A stretch of 64,000 nt of DNA from a virus: positions 1-64,000 of the IMG/VR virus record IMGVR_UViG_3300023174_000002. One strand, given 5' to 3'. The notes below the pieces were generated by a model. It worked only from the letters and a program-made list of their open reading frames with translations. It made no database searches and was not told the DNA's origin. Every line of letters starts with the position of its first letter. Position 1 is the stretch's first letter. Below are positions 1-6,897 of this stretch, piece by piece. A program made the position numbers and the translations under genes.

Positions 1-68
1 CATTGGCCTTATATACAATGGAATTGAATGGAACGTAACTTAATAGCCTGATAAAAAGGAATAATAAA

Positions 69-473
69 ATGGCTTTTAATTCTCCCTTAGCTTCACCCAC
101 CAGTTATGGTGTGGTTGAAATTGGTACCGGTATTTCCGTAACAAATGGTGTGATTTCGGTTGCGCCAAACGGTCAAGTAAATACCTTTCTTGTAAATAAT
201 GCGGCTAGTCCTTATACCCTAGACAGTGCTGGCACAGTGCCCAACTATTATCTTGGTGTAGTAGGAACTGGTGCTGCAATTACAATCAATCTTACGGCTG
301 GCGTAGACGGTCGTGAAGTTGTAATTAAGTCTGAAGCTACTAATACTAGTGACATTACAATTGTGCCTAACGGTGCAGAAACAATTGAAAATGCTGCTAC
401 ATATCCAATTTTAGCAGTTACTGATGGTGCAGTAACACTAATTTTTCGCGGATCAAACTGGAACGCAGTTTAA
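69..473 (+). CDS. Small fibre/decoration-like beta-rich protein
   Basis: AAGGA SD; N-terminal ASPTSYGVVEIGTGISVTNGVISV resembles the fibre-shaft motif A-T-x-x-x-L-G-x-V-K-V-G-x-G. Confidence 0.45.
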   Translation: MAFNSPLASPTSYGVVEIGTGISVTNGVISVAPNGQVNTFLVNNAASPYTLDSAGTVPNYYLGVVGTGAAITINLTAGVDGREVVIKSEATNTSDITIVPNGAETIENAATYPILAVTDGAVTLIFRGSNWNAV

Positions 474-489
474 TTAACCGGGGGTTAGT

Positions 490-1095
490 ATGAGTTATAC
501 CAGACCCCCAGCATCTACCCTTGCAGGCCAGGCGTTAAAACAAACGCCTGTTCCTAGTACTCAGGCCCTGGTGCCTGTAGTCTTAGATGCTGAAATTGCC
601 ACTACTACACAACTGGGTGTAGTTAAAGTGGGAAGTGGAATTTCCGTAGCCGTAGACGGCACTATTAGTGCTAGTGGTGGTGGAGATTATGAAATCGGCA
701 CTTGGGTGCCACAATTAATAGGTAGTGTTGCTGGGACTATTGTGCTTAACACACAAAATGCCAGGTATATAAAAACTGGACAAGGTGTTATGTGCACTTT
801 TGATATTACTGTTACTAGTATAACTGGTGGCAGTAATACTTCAACACTTACTCTTGCTGGGCTGCCCTATACTAGTATTACAGATACTGGCTATGTTGGT
901 AGCCTATACGTTTCATATTTTCAAAATATGAATACAAATATTGACTACTTAGGCGGAACCGTGGTCAGCAATACTAAAAACGCATTATTGTGGTGTAGTA
1001 CTGAACAAAGTAAAAGTTTAGATAGACTTGTTCAGAATAATATTAAATCCACTGCCCGTTTAGTGGGCACAATTAATTATATTACTCAACCTTAA
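490..1095 (+). CDS. Fibre-like protein
   Basis: ATTTQLGVVKVGSGISVAVDGTISASGGG shaft motif, then YEIGTWVP...ARYIKTG...LAGLPY, typical of fibre C-terminal beta domains. Confidence 0.5.
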   Translation: MSYTRPPASTLAGQALKQTPVPSTQALVPVVLDAEIATTTQLGVVKVGSGISVAVDGTISASGGGDYEIGTWVPQLIGSVAGTIVLNTQNARYIKTGQGVMCTFDITVTSITGGSNTSTLTLAGLPYTSITDTGYVGSLYVSYFQNMNTNIDYLGGTVVSNTKNALLWCSTEQSKSLDRLVQNNIKSTARLVGTINYITQP

Positions 1096-1106
1096 TCTTT
1101 ACCCAA

Positions 1107-1298
1107 ATGTTAACTACAAATCTTTCTACCCTAACTACTGGTCAAATTAGTGCTATTGAAAGCGCTATTAGTTCAATAGACGACTTAGTTGAATCCGCTA
1201 CTAACTTTGTTAAAAATGGTGGCCAAAGCTACAGAAGTTTCTTAGACGATCGTGCACAGCTAATCACAAAAATCTGCGATTTACCAAAATCTAAATAG
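1107..1298 (+). CDS. Hypothetical protein
   Basis: ORF fills the gap between the previous gene and a promoter. Confidence 0.45.
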   Translation: MLTTNLSTLTTGQISAIESAISSIDDLVESATNFVKNGGQSYRSFLDDRAQLITKICDLPKSK

Positions 1299-1313
1299 CC
1301 AAAAATTTTTGTC

Positions 1314-1342
1314 TTGAAATTCTTTTATGATTAGGGTATAAT
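1314..1342 (+). promoter_or_regulatory. Sigma70-type promoter for the tRNA/tmRNA region
   Basis: TTGAAA-17nt-TATAAT with upstream A/T tract. Confidence 0.8.
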
Positions 1343-1376
1343 ACTTATTCTGTGGCGAATTTTACAAAACAAAATT

Positions 1377-1592
1377 ATGCAAAAACCAAACCGCTTTGAT
1401 TTTGAACAACAAATGATGGACTGCTGGGGTGTAGTAGATGATATTAAAACCATCTACTACCTTCCAGATTTGCGTGATACAACCGAAGATGAAATGCAGA
1501 ATTTACTGCTAGGCTTGTTTACCTTATACCAAGTCAAGTTTGAAATCTTGCAAAAAATGTTTGAGGACTTGGTTCACAGCAAGCAGTTCTAA
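1377..1592 (+). CDS. Hypothetical protein
   Basis: ORF directly after promoter, ends 8 nt before tRNA-Thr. Confidence 0.7.
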   Translation: MQKPNRFDFEQQMMDCWGVVDDIKTIYYLPDLRDTTEDEMQNLLLGLFTLYQVKFEILQKMFEDLVHSKQF

Positions 1593-1599
1593 AAGGTAA

Positions 1600-1670
1600 G
1601 CCCTGTTAGTTAAATGGCATAACAGTTGATTTGTAATCATCTATTGGCAGTTCGATTCTGTCACGGGGCA
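1600..1670 (+). tRNA. tRNA-Thr(UGU), CCA not encoded
   Basis: Acceptor GCCCTGT/ACGGGGC, anticodon loop TTTGTAA, T-loop TTCGATT. Confidence 0.9.
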
Positions 1671-1675
1671 CCGCC

Positions 1676-1763
1676 GGGTAGTGAGCATCATTGGCGAATG
1701 CAACAGACTGTAAATCTGTGGTCCCTAAGGGACAACGGGGTTCGACTCCCTGACTACCCACCA
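1676..1763 (+). tRNA. tRNA-Tyr(GUA)
   Basis: Acceptor GGGTAGT/ACTACCC, anticodon loop CTGTAAA, long variable arm, 3' ACCA. Confidence 0.92.
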
Positions 1764-1852
1764 TATAAAAATATTCTGGTCGGTGTGGTGAGACACGCAA
1801 GTAGACAATACTAGGACAAGGTTTGAATCCAAACTAGAGTATTTTTATATGG
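1761..1852 (+). ncRNA. Unclassified long-stem structured RNA with T-loop-like motif
   Basis: 20-bp closing stem CCATATAAAAATATTCTGGT/ACTAGAGTATTTTTATATGG (two G-U pairs) enclosing GTGT/ACAC, AGTA/TACT and GG-TTTGAAT-CC. Confidence 0.55.
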
Positions 1853-2145
1853 TTGTATGAAGCAAGCCGAAAGGCGCATTGGACGTGGGTTCGACTCCCA
1901 CCTGGTCCACCAAAGATATATTGCACCAATCACTGCACGGGGTTACCTAGAGACTGCAGCTCGAAAAGCACATAGTAAGAAGTGCAGGTAACAGCAGTAT
2001 ATCTTTGATGGGCCAGTCATGGTTTCGACAGTGTGATAAGTATGCAAGTGGACAACTCGGTAGGCGATCTCCGCAAAAGAAGCAAAACATATAAATGCCA
2101 ACGATGAGGTATTTGCCCTAGCCGCTTAAGCTAGTGCCGAGGTCT
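1851..2145 (+). ncRNA. ssrA: Circularly permuted (two-piece) tmRNA; tag ANDEVFALAA
   Basis: Acceptor piece (GGAC-GTGGG-TTCGACT-CCCAC-CTGGTCC-ACCA, ends 1912) precedes the 5' piece GGGCCAG...TTCGAC (starts 2010); G3-U70 alanine pair; CAGTGTG pairs with CGCATTG; tag frame 2097-2129 after ATAAAT. Confidence 0.93.
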
Positions 2146-2177
2146 GCCCCCGCCTTGTAACCAAGGGGGGCTTTTTT
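2146..2177 (+). terminator. Rho-independent terminator ending the tmRNA coding piece
   Basis: GCCCCC-G-CCTTG/CAAGG-GGGGC hairpin plus T tract. Confidence 0.75.
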
Positions 2178-2192
2178 ATTACTATATAGCTT

Positions 2193-2810
2193 ATGACTAA
2201 AAACTCAATAGATGATGGTTTTGTCCTCGACAATAGTATTAGTCGTGGGTTTCGTAAGTGCAGTAGCGCACTTTACGAATTTTATTTAAGTGGATTAATT
2301 ACAGGTCCAGAAGATTACATTGAATGGTTTAATACTATTCGTAGTGCTAATGACCAGGATGTAGTAAAAATTTATATTAATAGCAGTGGTGGCGATCTTA
2401 ATACTGCACTACAATTTATGCGTGTGTTAAGTGAAACACAAGCTACTGTAGTATGTAGTGTTGAAGGTAGCTGTATGAGTGCTGCTACAATGATCTTCTT
2501 ATGTGCTGATATATTTGAAGTAACACCACATAGCCTATTTATGTTTCACAATTACAGTGGCGGAATCTTTGGCAAAGGCGGAGAAATTTACGATCAAGCA
2601 GTATTTGAACGTGAATGGTCTAAACAGTTCTTACAATATATTTATAAAGACTTCTTAACTAACAAAGAAATTGATAGTTTGCTGGAAAATAAAGATTTGT
2701 GGTTACATAGCGAAGAAGTAAGTTGCAGGGTAGAAAAACTTTGCGAAGCTAGAAGGGCTGAGAGGCATGATGACACCGTGTGTGATGATTTGCAAAATCA
2801 ATCCGAATAA
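2193..2810 (+). CDS. clpP: ClpP-like serine protease
   Basis: KIYINSSGG, GSCMSAAT (catalytic Ser) and FMFHN (catalytic His) motifs. Confidence 0.88.
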   Translation: MTKNSIDDGFVLDNSISRGFRKCSSALYEFYLSGLITGPEDYIEWFNTIRSANDQDVVKIYINSSGGDLNTALQFMRVLSETQATVVCSVEGSCMSAATMIFLCADIFEVTPHSLFMFHNYSGGIFGKGGEIYDQAVFEREWSKQFLQYIYKDFLTNKEIDSLLENKDLWLHSEEVSCRVEKLCEARRAERHDDTVCDDLQNQSE

Positions 2811-2949
2811 TTATAAGTGTATAGGTTGTCACAGAACTTTAGAAGAAATCACAGACTGGCAGTATTATACTGACGAACAAAGATTAAGAATAATGGATAG
2901 AATAGACAATGAATCCTTTAGTAACTGTAATAACACCAACAACAGGTAA
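2767..2949 (+). CDS. DUF1289-like small Cys-rich protein
   Basis: TPCxxxC...CIGCHRTLEEITDW signature. Confidence 0.8.
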   Translation: MMTPCVMICKINPNNYKCIGCHRTLEEITDWQYYTDEQRLRIMDRIDNESFSNCNNTNNR

Positions 2950-3640
2950 CCCCTTATTAGGGCGAGCAATTGATTCTGTTTTAGAGCAGACGTATAAGCC
3001 TATTGAATATATTATTGTAATTGATGGCTGGAAAAATGAAGCTGCAGCTAGAGAAATTATTGCTAATGCACATAGAATGTGTCATGTAATTGTATTGCCA
3101 TTTCCAACTGGAATTGCTGGATATAACGGACATAGAATTTATGGTGCAATGAACTTTATTGCTCGCGGACAATACATCTGTTATTTAGACGAAGACAACT
3201 ACTATGATAAAAACCATATCGAGTCATTAGTCAATGTACTGAAACCAGAACATAAATGGGCATACTCACTAAGAAAAATTGTAGATGCAGAAAGCAATAT
3301 AATTTGTAATGATGACTGCGAATCATTAGGCCCTTGGACCAATGTACTTAATGATAATCTTGTAGATGTGGGTTGTTATATGTTGGACAAACAAACGGCG
3401 CTTGAAACAGCACCTATTTGGTATAGACGAGCCAGACATCCCGATGATCAACCTGAAGTAGATAGGGCTCTTTATCAAACTTTGTATTCTTTATACGGTG
3501 AAAATGCTGTAATCAGCAATAAGCAATATACATTAAATTATACAGCAGGTAATACTGTAAATAGCGTAAAACCTGAATTTTTTATTGACGGCAATAAAAA
3601 AATGCAAGAACTTGTTCCAGGTTATCCTTGGCGCGATTAG
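2909..3640 (+). CDS. Glycosyltransferase family 2
   Basis: PLVTVITPT...RAIDSVLEQTY...IIVIDG, ARGQYICYLDED (DxD-type motif). Confidence 0.88.
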   Translation: MNPLVTVITPTTGNPLLGRAIDSVLEQTYKPIEYIIVIDGWKNEAAAREIIANAHRMCHVIVLPFPTGIAGYNGHRIYGAMNFIARGQYICYLDEDNYYDKNHIESLVNVLKPEHKWAYSLRKIVDAESNIICNDDCESLGPWTNVLNDNLVDVGCYMLDKQTALETAPIWYRRARHPDDQPEVDRALYQTLYSLYGENAVISNKQYTLNYTAGNTVNSVKPEFFIDGNKKMQELVPGYPWRD

Positions 3641-3705
3641 CTCAGCGGTAGAGCAGTGCCTTTACACGGCAAAGGTCGGCGGTTCGACCCCGTCATCGCG
3701 TACCA
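3631..3705 (+). tRNA. tRNA-Val(UAC), overlaps the GT2 stop codon
   Basis: Acceptor GCGCGAT/ATCGCGT, anticodon loop TTTACAC, 3' ACCA. Confidence 0.92.
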
Positions 3706-3711
3706 CCAAAC

Positions 3712-3788
3712 GGGCCTATAGCTCAGTTGGTTAGAGCAGCGAACTCATAATTCGTTGGTCACAGGTTCAAGTCCTGTTAGGCCCACCA
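3712..3788 (+). tRNA. tRNA with CAU anticodon, probably Ile2 (lysidine) rather than Met
   Basis: GGGCCTA/TAGGCCC acceptor, CTCATAA loop; body resembles the Ile2 type; lacks the initiator GGG/CCC anticodon stem. Confidence 0.8.
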
Positions 3789-3792
3789 AAAT

Positions 3793-3867
3793 TCCCTAGT
3801 AGCTCAGCGGTAGAGCAGCAGACTGTTAATCTGTTGGTCCGTGGTTCGATCCCACGCTGGGGAGCCA
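3793..3867 (+). tRNA. tRNA-Asn(GUU)
   Basis: TCCCTAG/CTGGGGA acceptor, CTGTTAA loop, 3' GCCA. Confidence 0.92.
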
Positions 3868-3873
3868 AACAGT

Positions 3874-3947
3874 TGGGATATAGTGTAATGGTAACACCAC
3901 GGATTTTGATTCCGTTATTCTAGGTTCGAATCCTAGTATCCCTGCCA
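3874..3947 (+). tRNA. tRNA-Gln(UUG)
   Basis: TGGGATA/TATCCCT acceptor, TTTTGAT loop, GGTTCGAATCC, 3' GCCA. Confidence 0.92.
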
Positions 3948-3964
3948 CCACAAAAATTATTTTC

Positions 3965-3993
3965 TTGAAAATAATAGTTAAGTTTGCTATAAT
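3965..3993 (+). promoter_or_regulatory. Sigma70-type promoter
   Basis: TTGAAA-17nt-TATAAT. Confidence 0.8.
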
Positions 3994-4032
3994 ATCTTTT
4001 CTCGCAAATTATTTTTAAAAAGGGCTATACAC

Positions 4033-4344
4033 ATGAAAATTTATTTTGGATCGCAAAACAAAGAAACCGTACTTGATATTGATGGTATGTTTCACACTCC
4101 CACTGAGCCAGACTTTTATTTCTACTATGGTGTAGAGTTTGGTACTAATCCTGGTGGCGATAATGAGGTAATGATCTTTGATGGATGTGATCGTAAAATT
4201 CCAGTAGACATTGAATCAATTCCAGAATTTATTGAAGCACTTCAACGTTGCTATGATATTCATACGCAGATTGAAGAAGCTGACGAGTTGAAGGCTAATC
4301 TAGAAGATGGCAACTACGAAGAATCAATCGTTTTTAATGACTGA
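4033..4344 (+). CDS. Acidic hypothetical protein
   Basis: First ORF after promoter, with SD. Confidence 0.7.
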   Translation: MKIYFGSQNKETVLDIDGMFHTPTEPDFYFYYGVEFGTNPGGDNEVMIFDGCDRKIPVDIESIPEFIEALQRCYDIHTQIEEADELKANLEDGNYEESIVFND

Positions 4345-4582
4345 TAATCCTATCAAAGAATTATTATTTGAGCTAGGTACAAGTAGTCGAGATATAACTC
4401 TTGACTATTTGCACGCAGTCAATAAATTATTGCTAAAATATGGCGTTAATTTAGTGACCTATGGTCAAGTATTTAATTTCTTAGAATATTTAGAAGAAAA
4501 TGGTTGTGTTGAAATTACAAAACACAAAAGTAATCAATATTACATAATAACTGGACTATACGAATATGGCAAAAACGTCTAG
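4337..4582 (+). CDS. Hypothetical protein
   Basis: ATG at 4337 overlaps the upstream stop. Confidence 0.6.
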   Translation: MTDNPIKELLFELGTSSRDITLDYLHAVNKLLLKYGVNLVTYGQVFNFLEYLEENGCVEITKHKSNQYYIITGLYEYGKNV

Positions 4583-4946
4583 TAAAAGCAAACAAGCGCA
4601 GTATGATCTTTACAAGAGTAAACAAACTTGGAAAGCAAATCGTGAGCGTAAATTGTTGCGTGCACTACAGAAAAATCCGGGTAATGCAAAACAAATTGAA
4701 GCAGCAATAAAAAATATTACATATCGTCGCAAAACACCAAAAACCAAAGTTTGGAGTAAAACAAAGATTAAAACTGCTCAACTAATGCGACAAGTGTGTG
4801 GCAGTTGTCCTCATGACATTTTTAGTTCAAATCAAAAAGTTGCTGATCAAGTGTTAGCAAGTTTACGCACAACCTTTAATCCTAAAACTTTAGGCGATTT
4901 AAAAGTTAGCTTTAAGTTAGGAGATCGTTTGCATGGGGGTATTTGA
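4566..4946 (+). CDS. Basic hypothetical protein
   Basis: Lys/Arg-rich ORF in an overlapping gene run. Confidence 0.7.
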   Translation: MAKTSSKSKQAQYDLYKSKQTWKANRERKLLRALQKNPGNAKQIEAAIKNITYRRKTPKTKVWSKTKIKTAQLMRQVCGSCPHDIFSSNQKVADQVLASLRTTFNPKTLGDLKVSFKLGDRLHGGI

Positions 4947-5190
4947 ATACTACACAATATTTTGCCTAGCAACTTCCCTAACACTTATCTATGAGTTGTT
5001 TTGGCCTGTTATTGCGCTGGCTAGGCAAGAAGGTGTAGATAATACTTTTACTCAATCTCCGCTACTAAGCATATTTATTTTCTTTGTAATAAATACTATA
5101 TTGGCCCCACTGGTAGTATGGTTGTTAGTATTTCCACCTCTTTATGCTGCCGCAGTTATAGGCATCACAAAAGCAGTCAGAGAAAAATAA
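4933..5190 (+). CDS. Small membrane protein
   Basis: Two long hydrophobic segments. Confidence 0.7.
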   Translation: MGVFEYYTIFCLATSLTLIYELFWPVIALARQEGVDNTFTQSPLLSIFIFFVINTILAPLVVWLLVFPPLYAAAVIGITKAVREK

Positions 5191-5192
5191 AC

Positions 5193-5221
5193 TTGAATCT
5201 TTAATAGATTATTGCTATAAT
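5193..5221 (+). promoter_or_regulatory. Sigma70-type promoter
   Basis: TTGAAT-17nt-TATAAT. Confidence 0.75.
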
Positions 5222-5247
5222 ATTATTTCTGTTTACAAAAGGAACCA

Positions 5248-5523
5248 ATGATGAAACTTATGCAATTTATGTACACAAAAGCTAATGGTGATCAAAGTGA
5301 GCGTGCTATTGTTGTTACACAAGAGCCTACTCACCTAGTTGCTGGCTTTGATGTTAGTGAGTTGCCTGAAACAGAATTTGAAGTATTTACTCGTGAAATG
5401 CGCGAACTAAAAAATCGTCAACATGAGGAGATGCTAGAACTTGTAGCAAAGCACGATCTAAAGCACAACTATCGTCAGTTTACTCCTAGTAAAATGACTA
5501 ATGTAACTACCGAACTTATTTAA
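5248..5523 (+). CDS. Hypothetical protein
   Basis: AAGGA SD; first gene after promoter. Confidence 0.7.
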   Translation: MMKLMQFMYTKANGDQSERAIVVTQEPTHLVAGFDVSELPETEFEVFTREMRELKNRQHEEMLELVAKHDLKHNYRQFTPSKMTNVTTELI

Positions 5524-5532
5524 GGAAATACT

Positions 5533-5892
5533 ATGACGCAATGGAATGACGAACTCAAATCGCAAGTAATTAAAATGTATCAGGATGCAGAACCAACGCC
5601 TGAGTCTAGCACTGAAATTATTAAAGACATCGCTGAAGAAATCGAAGCCTCACCTAACGGTGTTCGTATGGTTTTGGTTCAAGCAGGTGTTTATGTTAAA
5701 AAAGACGCTGCTGCTAAACCTAGTGGTGATAAAAAAGCTGCTGGTGATGCACCCAAGCGTGTGTCTAAAGAGTCTAGTATTGCTGATCTTAAAGCGGCAA
5801 TTGAGGCTAAAGGTGGTCCAGTAGATGAAGATATTTTGAGCAAACTGACTGGTAAAGCAGCAGTTTACTTTTTGAGTGTGCTTAAAGCATAA
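5533..5892 (+). CDS. T5 D3-like putative DNA-binding protein
   Basis: SxEIIxDIAEE..SPNGVRMVL..AGVYVKK matches recalled T5 D3; T5 synteny. Confidence 0.75.
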   Translation: MTQWNDELKSQVIKMYQDAEPTPESSTEIIKDIAEEIEASPNGVRMVLVQAGVYVKKDAAAKPSGDKKAAGDAPKRVSKESSIADLKAAIEAKGGPVDEDILSKLTGKAAVYFLSVLKA

Positions 5893-5896
5893 AAAC

Positions 5897-5919
5897 AGGC
5901 AGCCTAGTGCTGCCTTTTC
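5897..5919 (+). terminator. Rho-independent terminator
   Basis: AGGCAGC/GCTGCCT hairpin plus T tract. Confidence 0.7.
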
Positions 5920-5936
5920 TTATTTAGGAGTGTATT

Positions 5937-6560
5937 ATGGCTCGTAAACGCACAGAACTTGAACAAGAACGCATGACTGACGCTAATATTGAGCGAGTCA
6001 TTGACCTGCTTGAACCCAAAGAGCAGGGTGTTAAACCTATTACAAAAAAGGATGCTTGTCAAATCCTGGGCATGAGCTATAATACTACCAGGCTTGATCA
6101 GATTATTCAGACCCATAAAGATCGCAAGGAAAAAACTGCTAAACGTAGAGCTGAAAAGCGCGGTAAACCTGTTACCGAAGATGAAGTACAATTTATAATT
6201 CAAAGCTATCTTAGTGGCGAAACTATCAGTGAAATTAGCCAGAATACTTACCGCGGTACGCAACTTATTAAACAAGTGCTAGAGCGATACAATGTTCCTG
6301 TTCGTAAAAGTTCACCGGATTATTTTCGACCTGAATTAATTCCTGAAGGCGCAATGCAAGATAAATTTGCCGTAGGCGAAGTGGTTTATAGTGCCCGCTA
6401 TGATTCTATGTGTAAAATACAGGCGGAACAAACACATCCCGAATATGGTTGGATTTATCGTGTATGGCTTCTTAGTGAGCGTTGGTTGCAAAGCGCATAT
6501 CAACCTGCTTGTGAATTGGCAAGTCTTAAACACTTGCGTGAAATAGGAGTTAAAGTATAG
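5937..6560 (+). CDS. T5-conserved HTH-like protein downstream of D3
   Basis: TKKDACQILG and IIQSYLSGETISEIS HTH-like segments; synteny. Confidence 0.65.
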   Translation: MARKRTELEQERMTDANIERVIDLLEPKEQGVKPITKKDACQILGMSYNTTRLDQIIQTHKDRKEKTAKRRAEKRGKPVTEDEVQFIIQSYLSGETISEISQNTYRGTQLIKQVLERYNVPVRKSSPDYFRPELIPEGAMQDKFAVGEVVYSARYDSMCKIQAEQTHPEYGWIYRVWLLSERWLQSAYQPACELASLKHLREIGVKV

Positions 6561-6847
6561 TGGACTCAAATATACTTTATGAAAAACTAATCGAAGAAAA
6601 CATGGATAAAGGTTTTCAGGTTAGACTAGTAGTTAATGATTTTAAGGATGTTACATATCTACAGCTTAGAAAATACTTTTTAAGTTATGAAGGTGATTGG
6701 ATTCCTAGTCGTGAAGGTGTAAGTATTCCTGCCTCGCTACAAAATATTTATGCACTCCTAGATGGACTGTTGGATATTTGTAGCGAGGCTGAAGGTCATG
6801 AAATTATTGAAACATACGCTCGTCAGTTACTAGAAAAAGATACTTGA
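6560..6847 (+). CDS. PC4/p15-like ssDNA-binding protein
   Basis: VVNDFKDVTYLQLRKYFLSYEGDWIPSREGVSIP. Confidence 0.8.
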   Translation: MDSNILYEKLIEENMDKGFQVRLVVNDFKDVTYLQLRKYFLSYEGDWIPSREGVSIPASLQNIYALLDGLLDICSEAEGHEIIETYARQLLEKDT

Positions 6848-6872
6848 CCCTAAGCCGTTAAAATGGTATAAT
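6844..6872 (+). promoter_or_regulatory. Sigma70-type promoter
   Basis: TTGACC-17nt-TATAAT. Confidence 0.78.
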
Positions 6873-6897
6873 ATTGTATATTTGATGAGGAAACTAT

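Noticed and set aside
1606-1814. ORFs 1606..1800(-) and 1626..1814(+)
   Set aside because: They overlap tRNA-Thr, tRNA-Tyr and the structured RNA, so they are incidental frames
1764-2009. Theta/HDV-like or hammerhead ribozyme after the CCA ends
   Set aside because: I could not find the nested HDV pseudoknot or a CUGANGA core; kept as unclassified structures
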